Assembly (NCBI GenBank): GCA_963677835.2
Contig: CAXXUX010000001.1
Coordinates: 1,536,362 to 1,600,361 of the forward strand
From: an uncultured Saccharofermentans sp.
Lineage (GTDB): Bacteria > Bacillota > Clostridia > Saccharofermentanales > UBA5734
Direction of reading: 5' to 3'
Length of the DNA stretch: 64,000 nt
In this document: in pieces, positions 28,141 through 37,594 of the stretch
How the letters are laid out: every line of letters starts with the position of its first letter
How positions within the stretch are numbered: position 1 is the first letter of the stretch
Position numbers and translations under genes: made by a program
Notes under the pieces: model-generated
Databases searched by the model: none
What the model saw: only the letters and a program-made list of their open reading frames with translations
Told to the model about the DNA's origin: nothing

Positions 28141-28779
28141 ATGATCATGAAAGTTTTACTGGTTAACGGCAGCCCGCATCAAAAGGGATGCACCTATACG
28201 GCGCTTTGTGAAATTTCCAAAGAATTAGAAAAAGAGGGCATCGAAACGGAGATTTTTCAGCTGGGCTTAAAACCGATCAGGGGCTGCACAGGCTGCGATC
28301 AATGTGTGGATAAAAATCCTGGCCGATGCGTTTATGATGATGATCCGGTCAATATCGCCATTGCCAAGGCGAAAGCCGTCGATGGCTTTATTTTCGGCTC
28401 GCCGGTCCACTATGCAGGAGCCTCAGGGGCCATGACCTCATTTCTGGACAGGCTGTTTTATGCGGGCGGAGACTTGTTCGAATACAAACCCGGGGCCGCA
28501 GTCGTCAGTTGCCGCAGGAGCGGAGCAACGGCCGCTTTTGATCAATTGAACAAGTATTTTACGATTGCCAATATGCCGGTGGTCTCCTCTCAATATTGGA
28601 ACATGGTGCATGGGAACACGCCTTCGGAAGTTGTTCAGGACCTTGAGGGCATGCAAATCATGCGGACATTGGGAAAAAATATGGCTTGGCTGCTGAAATC
28701 GATCGAGGCTGGTCAAAAAGCCGGGATCGCATTGCCTCAAAAGGAAGAGCCGCAATATACGAATTTTATCAGAGCATAG
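28141..28779 (+). CDS. flavodoxin-fold NAD(P)H-dependent FMN reductase / iron-sulfur flavoprotein-like protein
   Basis: 212 aa. MKVLLVNGSPHQKG plus Cys motif CTGCDQC. Alternative start at 28147. Confidence 0.7.
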   Translation: MIMKVLLVNGSPHQKGCTYTALCEISKELEKEGIETEIFQLGLKPIRGCTGCDQCVDKNPGRCVYDDDPVNIAIAKAKAVDGFIFGSPVHYAGASGAMTSFLDRLFYAGGDLFEYKPGAAVVSCRRSGATAAFDQLNKYFTIANMPVVSSQYWNMVHGNTPSEVVQDLEGMQIMRTLGKNMAWLLKSIEAGQKAGIALPQKEEPQYTNFIRA

Positions 28780-28799
28780 CAGAACAGGAGTACATTCAC

Positions 28800-29519
28800 A
28801 TGACAGGCATGGGTACAATTGTCAACGTTTTAGCGGTTCTTGCCGGCGGCTGCATCGGGATGTTTTTGAATAAAGGTTTAAAAAAGCGTTTTCAAATAAT
28901 CATGATGCAGGCATTAGGGGTATGCGTCCTGTTTATCGGGATTGCCGGAGCCTTGAAAGGATTATTTGTCGTCAATGGATCTGCGCTTGAAACTGCCGGG
29001 ATCATGATGATGATCATTTCCATGGTGGCCGGCGCCCTCATCGGTGAAGCGATCGACATCGAAAAGAGAATCGAGACCTTTGGCGAATGGCTGAAGATGA
29101 AAAGCAAAGACGGCAGCGATTCAAAATTTGTGCAAGGCTTTGTATCGACCACGCTGGTCATCAGCATAGGGGCCATGGCCGTAGTTGGCTCCCTGCAGGA
29201 CGGATTGACCGGCGATGCTTCCATGCTCTACGTCAAGGCTATTCTGGACCTGATTGTCGTGATGATTTTCGCCTCGGCATTTGGCAAGGGCGCAATCTTC
29301 TCGGCCATTCCGCTTGGCCTTTTCCAAGGATCGATCACCGCTTTTGCCCACTTCATCGAACCCATTCTTACGCAGCAAATGATATTGAACATATCGCTTG
29401 TCGGTTCCATCCTGATTTTCAATGTCGGGGTCAATATGGTTTTTGACAAGAAGCTCAAGACCGGCAACATGTTGCCGGCCCTTTTGATTGCCGCCATCTG
29501 CAGCGTGATTAAATTTTAG
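28800..29519 (+). CDS. DUF554-family membrane protein
   Basis: The ATG at 28800 follows AGGAG. MTGMGTIVNVLAVLAGGCIGMF is a typical N-terminus for the family. Multi-pass hydrophobic profile. Confidence 0.7.
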   Translation: MTGMGTIVNVLAVLAGGCIGMFLNKGLKKRFQIIMMQALGVCVLFIGIAGALKGLFVVNGSALETAGIMMMIISMVAGALIGEAIDIEKRIETFGEWLKMKSKDGSDSKFVQGFVSTTLVISIGAMAVVGSLQDGLTGDASMLYVKAILDLIVVMIFASAFGKGAIFSAIPLGLFQGSITAFAHFIEPILTQQMILNISLVGSILIFNVGVNMVFDKKLKTGNMLPALLIAAICSVIKF

Positions 29520-29703
29520 TGTAAATCGTATAAACTGACAAGTTAATTTCATGCCTCTTTCAATGCGCTGGCGCGCCTTTTGATGGGCGTTTGCCGGCCT
29601 CTTCAAGTTCGGATCAAATTCTCGACCAAGTCAATATTTTTATAAAATCTCAATAAAAGCAAACTTTTTTGGCAATATATTTTTAATTCCCAGCAAAAAC
29701 ATC

Positions 29704-29732
29704 TTGACAACGATCAAGAAGGGTTATATATT
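29704..29732 (+). promoter_or_regulatory. predicted promoter TTGACA-17-TATATA
   Basis: Consensus -35 hexamer and an AT-rich -10 with 17-nt spacing, upstream of the FCD-domain regulator gene. Confidence 0.45.
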
Positions 29733-29805
29733 TGCAGTATAGTCCTCCTCAATGATGAGAAGGCCAAACAGGCCAAAAAGAACAGGACATTTTGGAAGGC
29801 AGGTA

Positions 29806-30594
29806 ATGTTTTTGGAAAATATTTCGCACGATCTTGAAGATTTGATTGAATTGAACTGCTTTTCATCCAAAAGTGAAGTCATTCAGTATATGATCCTGGA
29901 TTATATGAGCCGTTCGAAAGAGACTGTGGGTTCATGGGCATTGCGGGTGATGCTCGAGTATCGGGGGGTAAGCATCAGCGTGGCATCGGTCGGCCGGGCG
30001 TTGATCGAACTCGACTCCAAAGGCTATACGGAATCCATTTCAACCAAAGGCCGGATTATTGCCGCCAAAGGCCGGGAATTTCTTGAAGAGAAAAAGAATC
30101 TGGTTGAGCACGAATTGCTGCAGAAGAGACTGCTGAAATCAGTGACGCCCCAGGATTACAGCGAATTACTGGATCTGGTGCGGGCCAGACGTTCCCTGGA
30201 AGCCGAATCGGCCCGGCTAGCCGCCAAACGGGCGACTGACCAGGAGAAAAAGCAGTTGCTGGCTAGCCTGAACAATCATATTACGAAAGTTGCCTGCGGC
30301 ATCGACCCGACAAATGAAGCGTTTGATTTTCATATTAAAGTGGCTGAAGCGTCCCATAGCCGGTTCATTTTGGCAACAATCAATCTCTTGATCTATTACA
30401 ACGAGCAGCTCGAATACAATTTCCCCTATCTGGTCACCCGTGAGCTTGGAACACAATATAATCAGGATCACCAGGCCATTGCGGAAGCCATTTTCCAGGG
30501 TGAGCCGGCGGAAGCCGAAAAGGCGATGCGGTTGCATATGACCAATATTCTGGAAGCGCTGAAGAGCCAGGGGAAAATCGAAGAAGCAGAATAA
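29806..30594 (+). CDS. FCD-domain (FadR C-terminal type) transcriptional regulator with atypical N-terminal winged helix
   Basis: ORF 29752-30594. The ATG at 29806 follows GGAAGG and lies downstream of the predicted promoter. The C-terminal region (ARRSLEAESARLAAKRAT...FHIKVAEASHSRF...HQAIAEAI) looks like an FCD domain. Confidence 0.65.
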   Translation: MFLENISHDLEDLIELNCFSSKSEVIQYMILDYMSRSKETVGSWALRVMLEYRGVSISVASVGRALIELDSKGYTESISTKGRIIAAKGREFLEEKKNLVEHELLQKRLLKSVTPQDYSELLDLVRARRSLEAESARLAAKRATDQEKKQLLASLNNHITKVACGIDPTNEAFDFHIKVAEASHSRFILATINLLIYYNEQLEYNFPYLVTRELGTQYNQDHQAIAEAIFQGEPAEAEKAMRLHMTNILEALKSQGKIEEAE

Positions 30595-30647
30595 AGGGCG
30601 GTTCCAGGCCGAGTTAAAGATTAGGCATGAAAATCAATTGAAAGGGT

Positions 30648-31823
30648 ATGACAATGATCTCGTTATCGGAAATTTCAAAAACTGTTGAGCCATCAAGAAT
30701 CCGGAAGATGTTCAATTTGTCGCAAGGGCTGGAAGACATCGTCAGTTTTGCTTTAGGCGAGCCGGATTTTACAGCCTCGCAAAATGTAGTCGATGCAGCT
30801 GTCAAAGCGATGGCGGAAGGAAAGACCAAGTACGCGCCCAACGCCGGCATCGTCCAGCTTCGGAACGCCGTTGCCAGGCACTTGAATCAGAAAATCGGGA
30901 ACGACTATAATCCGGACGATGAAATAATCATCACGACCGGAGGGATGCAGGCCCTGTTCATGTCCATGCTGACCATCCTTGATCCGGGAGACGAAGTGAT
31001 TCTCAGCAATCCTTGCTGGACCAACTATCCGCAGCAAATCAAAATGTGCGGCGGAGTCCCCAAATTTGTCAATGTCTATGAAGAAGATGAATTTGCATTT
31101 ACTGAAGAAAACCTTAGAAATGCCATAACCGGCAAGACCAAGGCAATTGTGATCAATTCACCGGCAAACCCGACCGGCGCGGTAATCAGCCTGGCGTGTT
31201 TGGAAAAAATTGCAGCGATTGCCATCGAATTTGACCTTTACGTCATTTCCGATGAAGTCTATAAATATATTCTTTATGATGGCCTGAAGCATTCAAGCAT
31301 CGCATCACTTCCGGGGATGAAGGAGCGGACGATCATTATCGACAGCTTTTCCAAAACATACGCCATGACCGGATGGCGCGTCGGCTATGCCGCAACCAAT
31401 TCTTCCGTGATCAAGAACATGGTCAAATATCAGGAGAACGTCGCCGCCTGTGTGAATACGCCGGCTCAATATGCGGCACTCGAAGCCCTGGAAGGCCAGC
31501 AGGAACATCTGCATCATATGCTGAACGAATACACCAGAAGGCGCGATTTGATATACGAAGGGATCAATGCCATCCCGGGTTTATCTTGCGCCAAACCTAA
31601 AGGGACTTTCTACTCGTTTATCAATATCAAAAAGACCGGATTATCTTCGGATGATTTTGCCATGCAGCTGCTGAATCAGGAACGGGTTGTCACCATTCCG
31701 GGAAACGCATTTGGCGAAGCCGGGGAAGGATTTATCCGGATTTCGTATGCCACGTCGGAAGCGCTGATCAAAGAAGGGCTTTTGCGCATGCAACGGTTTG
31801 TCAATTCATTGAAGGTCCATTGA
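30648..31823 (+). CDS. pyridoxal-phosphate-dependent aminotransferase, class I (AspB-like)
   Basis: 391 aa with PLP-lysine motif SFSKTYAMTGWRVGY and NSPANPTG. Alternative start at 30654 with better RBS spacing. Confidence 0.85.
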   Translation: MTMISLSEISKTVEPSRIRKMFNLSQGLEDIVSFALGEPDFTASQNVVDAAVKAMAEGKTKYAPNAGIVQLRNAVARHLNQKIGNDYNPDDEIIITTGGMQALFMSMLTILDPGDEVILSNPCWTNYPQQIKMCGGVPKFVNVYEEDEFAFTEENLRNAITGKTKAIVINSPANPTGAVISLACLEKIAAIAIEFDLYVISDEVYKYILYDGLKHSSIASLPGMKERTIIIDSFSKTYAMTGWRVGYAATNSSVIKNMVKYQENVAACVNTPAQYAALEALEGQQEHLHHMLNEYTRRRDLIYEGINAIPGLSCAKPKGTFYSFINIKKTGLSSDDFAMQLLNQERVVTIPGNAFGEAGEGFIRISYATSEALIKEGLLRMQRFVNSLKVH

Positions 31824-31851
31824 CTATTGATGTTGCAGTGAGGAATGCTTT

Positions 31852-33054
31852 GTGGAGATTAATATCGATCGACTGAAGAATAGTCTGGAACGGCTGGGCC
31901 AGATAGGGTTTGAAGAATCGGTTGGCGTAACCAGGCTTGCCTATTCAAAAGAATACGGGCAAAGTGTCGCATTTGTCGAAGCCCTTTTCCAGGAAGCCGG
32001 AATGACCACCCATATCGACCCGGTAGGCAATCTGATCGGCAGATTGGCCGGCGCTTCGGGAAAAACCATCATGATCGGCTCACATATCGATACGGTACCG
32101 GGCGGCGGGATATTTGACGGTTGCCTGGGCGTTATGGGAGGGATTGAATGCGTTAGGACACTCGTCGAAAATCATTATCCAAACAACCATAGCATCGAAG
32201 TTGTGGCCTTTATCGAAGAAGAAGGCAATGTTGTCGGAGGCACATTTGGCAGCAAATGCCTGGTCGGCGACCCGATCGATGATAGCTTTGCCAGTCATTT
32301 TGCATCGGCCGGCCTATCCTTTGAAGCCGTCAGGCAAGCCAGGCGCGATGCCTCGTCGATTGGCTGCTACCTTGAATTGCATATCGAGCAGGGCGGCATA
32401 CTGGACCATGAGAAAATTGCGATTGGCGTTGTCGAAGGGATCGTCGGGATCCACCGGTACAAGATCAAAATCGAAGGCTCGGAAAATCATGCCGGAACAA
32501 CGCCGATGTATCTTCGAGATGACGCCCTCGTCAAAGCCTCGCACATAATCGGCCGGCTGGACACGCTGGTCCGGGAAACGGACAGGGATCTGGTCGGGAC
32601 TGTCGGGGTCATTTCCATTAAGCCCTGCGCGGTCAATGTAATCCCTGGACAAGCCGAATTTGTCATAGAAATGCGGGATAAAAACGTGGCCAACATGGAT
32701 CAGGTCATATCCAGGCTCCAGGCGGAATTTTCCGATTATAAGATGCAAATGGAATGCATTTTACGCGAAGGTGCCACGGCCATGGACAAGAACATTCAGG
32801 ATACCATTCGGCAATCCAGTCAAAAACGGGGGCACGCCTATAAGAATATGTATAGCGGTGCCGGACACGATGCGATTAATCTGGCAAAAGTAACGCCAAC
32901 CGGAATGATTTTCATTCCCAGCATCAAGGGGGTCAGCCATTCAATCAGAGAAAAGAGTGATTGGACTGATGTCAAGAATGGCACAGAGGTGTTGCTTGAA
33001 ACAATTGTCGCATTAGATCGAACGATTAACGATAAGGACGGAACAGTGTTGTGA
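31852..33054 (+). CDS. M20-family Zn-dependent amidohydrolase (N-carbamoyl-L-amino-acid hydrolase / allantoate amidohydrolase / beta-ureidopropionase family)
   Basis: 400 aa with a GTG start after GAGGAA. Motif IGSHIDTVPGGGIFDGCLGV is typical of AmaB/AllC-type enzymes. Confidence 0.8.
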   Translation: MEINIDRLKNSLERLGQIGFEESVGVTRLAYSKEYGQSVAFVEALFQEAGMTTHIDPVGNLIGRLAGASGKTIMIGSHIDTVPGGGIFDGCLGVMGGIECVRTLVENHYPNNHSIEVVAFIEEEGNVVGGTFGSKCLVGDPIDDSFASHFASAGLSFEAVRQARRDASSIGCYLELHIEQGGILDHEKIAIGVVEGIVGIHRYKIKIEGSENHAGTTPMYLRDDALVKASHIIGRLDTLVRETDRDLVGTVGVISIKPCAVNVIPGQAEFVIEMRDKNVANMDQVISRLQAEFSDYKMQMECILREGATAMDKNIQDTIRQSSQKRGHAYKNMYSGAGHDAINLAKVTPTGMIFIPSIKGVSHSIREKSDWTDVKNGTEVLLETIVALDRTINDKDGTVL

Positions 33055-33776
33055 AGATCAAAATCATCAATCCGAATACGACTCTGAGCATGACCAGAAA
33101 CATCGAAGCGGCAGGCAGAAAATATGCCCGGAAAGATACGGACATCCTATGCGTCAGCCCCAGGACCGGTCCGGAAAGCATTGAATGTTATGTCGACGAG
33201 TATCTGGCGGTGCCAGGTGTCCTGGAAGAAATTCTGATCGGGGAAAAGGAAGGTGATGTCGATGCCTATGTGATTGCCTGCTTTGGAGATCCAGGATTGC
33301 AGGCAGCACGTGAATTAACCAAAAAACCGGTAATCGGCATAGCTGAAGCAGCGATTGCCGCTGCCAAAATGCTGGCTCCCTGTTTTTCGGTCGTATCGGT
33401 TCTGGATCGGTCAAGACGCGTTACGGAAGATGTTCTGCAGCTTCATGGCGCCGAGAGATTTTGCAAATCAATCCGCTCAACGGGATTAGGCGTCCTGGAT
33501 TTTGACCGCGACATGGCCAAAGGCCTGGCAGCGCTGGCAGAACAAAGTAAAAAAGCAGTCGAAGAAGACAAGGCGGAATGTATTTTGCTGGGTTGTGCAG
33601 GTTTCGTGCAATTTGTCGAAGATCTGCGGAACCAACTAGGCGTTCCGGTTCTGGACGGCGTAAGTCCTGCTGTCAAATTTGCAGAAGCATTAGTTGATCT
33701 GGGGTTGTCAACCAGTAAAATCAGGACTTGGGGATACCCTGAGAAGAAACAGATAACCGGATATCAGTTTTTCTAA
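33051..33776 (+). CDS. Asp/Glu/hydantoin racemase family protein (hydantoin racemase-like)
   Basis: 241 aa, GTGA overlap with the carbamoylase gene. Two Cys motifs, IACFGDPGL and LLGCAGF. Confidence 0.75.
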   Translation: MKIKIINPNTTLSMTRNIEAAGRKYARKDTDILCVSPRTGPESIECYVDEYLAVPGVLEEILIGEKEGDVDAYVIACFGDPGLQAARELTKKPVIGIAEAAIAAAKMLAPCFSVVSVLDRSRRVTEDVLQLHGAERFCKSIRSTGLGVLDFDRDMAKGLAALAEQSKKAVEEDKAECILLGCAGFVQFVEDLRNQLGVPVLDGVSPAVKFAEALVDLGLSTSKIRTWGYPEKKQITGYQFF

Positions 33777-33938
33777 TCACGACATTCATCTAGTAAAGAC
33801 AATTTCAAAGACCGGGAAATGACATCAATGGGCCGTTTTGGTTATCTCTCGTCAGTGTTTTAGCTTCCTATGAGAAAGATAGGCTTATATTGTTGCGCTT
33901 AATCAGGGTGTATTTGGTTTCGATCAATTTTGGCGTTA

Positions 33939-33966
33939 TTAAAATACCGTCTGATTGGTATTTTAA
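33939..33966. promoter_or_regulatory. inverted repeat TTAAAATACC-N8-GGTATTTTAA, candidate operator
   Basis: Perfect 10-bp arms read directly, ending 34 nt upstream of the SBP start codon. Confidence 0.45.
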
Positions 33967-33999
33967 AATAATTTAATCATCATTCAAGGAGGAAAGAAA

Positions 34000-35010
34000 A
34001 TGAAAAGAACGACCATGATTGCACTTGCGGTTCTGATGATGCTGGCCTTTGTGTTCACTGCCTGCACGCCGGACACCACAACAACCCAGGCGACCACGGC
34101 AGCCGGCAGCACAACCGCTGCAAGCTCAGGCGCAGAGACAACCTCATCCCAGTCTGGCACCTCTGGAAAAATCAAAATCGGTGTCAGCATCAATGCACTC
34201 TCCAATATCCATAACCAAAAGGTGTTTGAAGGCACGCAAAAAGCGGCCAAAGATGCCGGCCATGAAGTCATTGCAACCAATGCAAACGGAATTGCCACCC
34301 AACAGGTCACCGACATCGAGACCTTGATCCAGCAAAGCTGCGATGTTATCATTATCCAAAATGGCGATACTGAAGCCTTGAAGAATGTGGTCAAAGAAGC
34401 AAGCGAACAAGGCATCTACACCATCAGCATGGAATCTGGCTGGATCCCTGGCGTTTCCGCCATGTTCGCCTTGAACGACTTTGCAATCGGTTCGGCTTTG
34501 TATCCGATGGTTGCCGGCGAAATGGGCTTTGCCGGTGAAGTGATCTGCATCAACCACAATGACCACCCGGCTATCCGCGCCAGGCGCAATATCCAGGAAG
34601 CAGTCCTCAAAGAATACACCAACATCAAGAATGTCACGACCGTTACCTCAGGTTTCCCCGGCACCGTGGAACTGGCCTATAAAGGCGTTGAAAGCGCCTT
34701 GCAGGCTCATCCGGATGTCAAAGCGATCTGGGCGACCTTCGACCTGGAAGCGATCGGCGCAGCTCAGGCCTGTAAAGCGCTTGGCAGAGAAGACATCATC
34801 ATTGTTGGCGTTGATGGCGAAGCGGACGCCCTGAAGATGATCAAAGAAGGCGGCCCGATTATCGCAACCGTCATCGGCGATCAGGAATGGTCCACGACCG
34901 AAGCGGTCAAAGCTGCCGAAAAACTTGCAGCAGGAGAAAAAGTCCAGGCCTTCTATTCCATTCCTTTTGAAATCGTCACGAAAGACAATGTAGACAAATA
35001 CATTAGCTAA
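34000..35010 (+). CDS. ribose/monosaccharide-type (CUT2) ABC transporter substrate-binding lipoprotein
   Basis: 336 aa, RBS AAGGAGG, lipobox VFTAC plus a Thr/Ser linker. RbsB-like core (KIGVSINALSNIHNQ...). Confidence 0.8.
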   Translation: MKRTTMIALAVLMMLAFVFTACTPDTTTTQATTAAGSTTAASSGAETTSSQSGTSGKIKIGVSINALSNIHNQKVFEGTQKAAKDAGHEVIATNANGIATQQVTDIETLIQQSCDVIIIQNGDTEALKNVVKEASEQGIYTISMESGWIPGVSAMFALNDFAIGSALYPMVAGEMGFAGEVICINHNDHPAIRARRNIQEAVLKEYTNIKNVTTVTSGFPGTVELAYKGVESALQAHPDVKAIWATFDLEAIGAAQACKALGREDIIIVGVDGEADALKMIKEGGPIIATVIGDQEWSTTEAVKAAEKLAAGEKVQAFYSIPFEIVTKDNVDKYIS

Positions 35011-35026
35011 TCTAAAAACCGATTGG

Positions 35027-35063
35027 CTCCGGGCAAAGGAAAGCCTTTACCCTTTGCCCGGAG
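35027..35063 (+). other. intercistronic stem-loop after the SBP gene (13-bp stem CTCCGGGCAAAGG/CCTTTGCCCGGAG)
   Basis: A perfect inverted repeat with an 11-nt loop, followed by TTCATTC. It lies between the SBP and ATPase genes. Confidence 0.55.
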
Positions 35064-35102
35064 TTCATTCTATGATCCATTCAACGTAAGGAGGAATATA
35101 AC

Positions 35103-36608
35103 TTGCCTTCCGAAAATGTAATATGCATGAAGAACATCGATAAGCATTACGGCGGCATTTACGCGTTGCGCAACGTATGCCTGGAACTGAAAAAAGGTAC
35201 CGTGCATGCGTTGGTCGGAGAAAATGGCGCAGGAAAGTCAACCTTGATGAAAATCCTATCGGGCGTTGTTAAAAAAGACCAGGGAAGCATCGAGCTTTAT
35301 GGTGAAGAAACGGAAATCAACAGCTATGTCCATTCGCAGGAACTGGGCATTGCGCTGGTTCCCCAGGAACTGGCCCTGGTTGATTACTTTTCTGTCAGTG
35401 AAAACATTTTTCTCGGCAGAGAACCCTATCGTAAAGGGACCAAGTTCATCGACTGGAAACGGCTTCACAAAAACACGGCCAATCTGCTTAAAGACCTGAA
35501 GATTGAATTGGATCCCAGAAAGAAGGTCAAGGATCTCAGCGTCTCGGACAAACAGATGCTGGTCATTGCGCGGATACTGTCCCTGAATGCCAACATCATC
35601 ATCATGGATGAGCCGACAGCTAGGCTTGGGCATCACGAAGTCGACAAGCTGCTGGAATACATCAGGTATCTGAAAGCTAACGGGAAAAGCATTATCTACA
35701 TCTCGCACCGGCTTGAAGAGATCTTTACCATAGCCGACGAAGTGACCGTTTTGCGAGACGGCCAGGTCGTTGGCAACATGCCGGTCAATGATTTGGACGA
35801 AAAAGACCTGATCAAGCTGATGGTCAACCGGGCTATCGACAATAACCATAACGAGTATATCAAGAAGAGATTGATTGGCGACGAAATTTTAAGGGTAGAA
35901 AATTTAAGCCGGAAAAATGTGATCAAGGACGCCAGCTTTTCGCTTCACCGCGGTGAAGTCCTCGGATTTTTTGGTATTGTCGGTTCGGGCAGGACCGAAT
36001 TGATCCGCGCGATGCTTGGCATCGACAAGAAAGACACCGGCAATATTTATCTGGAAAACAAACTGGTCCAGTTTAAAAACATCAATGATTCCCTGGAAGC
36101 CGGGCTGGCGCTGGTTCCGGAAGAAAGAAGGCAGCAGGGGCTGGTCCTGAGCCTGCCGATCCGCACCAATGTGACGTTGGGCAGTCTGGAGCGGTTCTGC
36201 AAATTTGGCTTGATCCAGGCTAATCATGAAAAGAAATTCGTATCGCAAACAGTCGACAAACTGCGGCTGGTAAGACGGAGCATTGAACAGAAGGCTTCCG
36301 ATTTAAGCGGAGGGAATCAGCAAAAAGTGGTCCTGGCCAAATTGATCGGCCGGGGCAAAATTAAAATCTACATTTTGGATGAGCCAACTAGAGGAATCGA
36401 TGTCGGCGCCAAGAGTGAAATTTATGCGTTGATATCCAGCATTGCTGAAGAAGGAATCCCGGTGATTGTCATATCATCAGAAATACCAGAGCTGCAAGCA
36501 ATTTGCGACCGCATCATTGTCATGAAAAAAGGACAGGTGGTTACATCTTTGAATAGAGAAGAATTCAGTAATCCGGAAAATATACTGAAACATGCAGTTG
36601 GAGGATAA
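35103..36608 (+). CDS. sugar ABC transporter ATP-binding protein with duplicated NBD (RbsA/MglA-like)
   Basis: 501 aa with a TTG start after AAGGAGG. Walker A motifs GENGAGKST and GIVGSGRTE, and signature LSGGNQQK. Confidence 0.9.
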   Translation: MPSENVICMKNIDKHYGGIYALRNVCLELKKGTVHALVGENGAGKSTLMKILSGVVKKDQGSIELYGEETEINSYVHSQELGIALVPQELALVDYFSVSENIFLGREPYRKGTKFIDWKRLHKNTANLLKDLKIELDPRKKVKDLSVSDKQMLVIARILSLNANIIIMDEPTARLGHHEVDKLLEYIRYLKANGKSIIYISHRLEEIFTIADEVTVLRDGQVVGNMPVNDLDEKDLIKLMVNRAIDNNHNEYIKKRLIGDEILRVENLSRKNVIKDASFSLHRGEVLGFFGIVGSGRTELIRAMLGIDKKDTGNIYLENKLVQFKNINDSLEAGLALVPEERRQQGLVLSLPIRTNVTLGSLERFCKFGLIQANHEKKFVSQTVDKLRLVRRSIEQKASDLSGGNQQKVVLAKLIGRGKIKIYILDEPTRGIDVGAKSEIYALISSIAEEGIPVIVISSEIPELQAICDRIIVMKKGQVVTSLNREEFSNPENILKHAVGG

Positions 36609-36609
36609 C

Positions 36610-37575
36610 ATGATATTACAAGACTCAAAAAAGAAACTAGAAGTGTCTAATTATGCCAAGCGATATGGGACTTTGGTCGGGCTGATCGCTATCTGCGTTA
36701 TCTTTTCGTTTTTAAGCCCGGTCTTTTCAACCATGGGCAACATTTTAACCGTTTTAAGGCAAATTGCGATGCTCAGCATCATGGGCGCCGGCCTGACGGT
36801 CGTCATGATCACCAAGCGCATCGATTTGTCGATTGGCTATTCGGTCAGCTTTCTGGGCATACTTTGCGCGGCGCTGATCGTAGACTACGGCATTCCGATG
36901 TGGCCGGCCATTCTGATTACCCTGGTCGCCGGCATGCTGGTTGGCCTGCTCAACGGCGTTGCCGTCGCGGTGATCGGCATACCCGACTTCATTGCAACCC
37001 TGTCGGTCGGTTTTCTGGTCTCCGGCGTCAATCAGGCCTATACCAAGGGGCACCCGATTTCCGGCCTGCCGGATGCCTTCAATATCTTTGGCGCTTCCAA
37101 AATTATCGGAATACCCAGCGCGATCTTTATCATGTTCGGATTCCTGATCGTCGTCTATATCGTTTTGTCGCATACCAGATTTGGCCGATACACCTACGCC
37201 ATCGGCGGCAATGAAGAAGCGGCCATGATGTCCGGCGTCAAAGTCAAGTTCAACCAGATCATCGGCTATATTCTCTGCGGTGTTGGCGTGGCCATAACCT
37301 CGGTGGTTCTGACATCGCGCCTGGGCTCGGCCCACCCCCTGGCCGGCGATGCTTTGCTGATGGATGCGATCGCCACCGTTTACCTGGGCGGCACGGCTTT
37401 CAAGGAAGGCGAACCTAACCTGGGCGGAACCTTTGTGGGCGCGCTGATCATCGGCGTACTGGGCAACGGACTGACGCTTTTGAATGTTCCCTACTATTAT
37501 CAGAACATCACCAAAGGCCTGGTCATCCTGCTGGCAGTAACCATTACTTCGCTGCAGAGGATCAAGAAAAAATAA
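36610..37575 (+). CDS. ABC transporter permease (RbsC-like)
   Basis: The ATG at 36610 follows GGAGG. Polytopic hydrophobic profile. Confidence 0.85.
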   Translation: MILQDSKKKLEVSNYAKRYGTLVGLIAICVIFSFLSPVFSTMGNILTVLRQIAMLSIMGAGLTVVMITKRIDLSIGYSVSFLGILCAALIVDYGIPMWPAILITLVAGMLVGLLNGVAVAVIGIPDFIATLSVGFLVSGVNQAYTKGHPISGLPDAFNIFGASKIIGIPSAIFIMFGFLIVVYIVLSHTRFGRYTYAIGGNEEAAMMSGVKVKFNQIIGYILCGVGVAITSVVLTSRLGSAHPLAGDALLMDAIATVYLGGTAFKEGEPNLGGTFVGALIIGVLGNGLTLLNVPYYYQNITKGLVILLAVTITSLQRIKKK

Positions 37576-37594
37576 TTGTTAAGGAGATTGTCAA

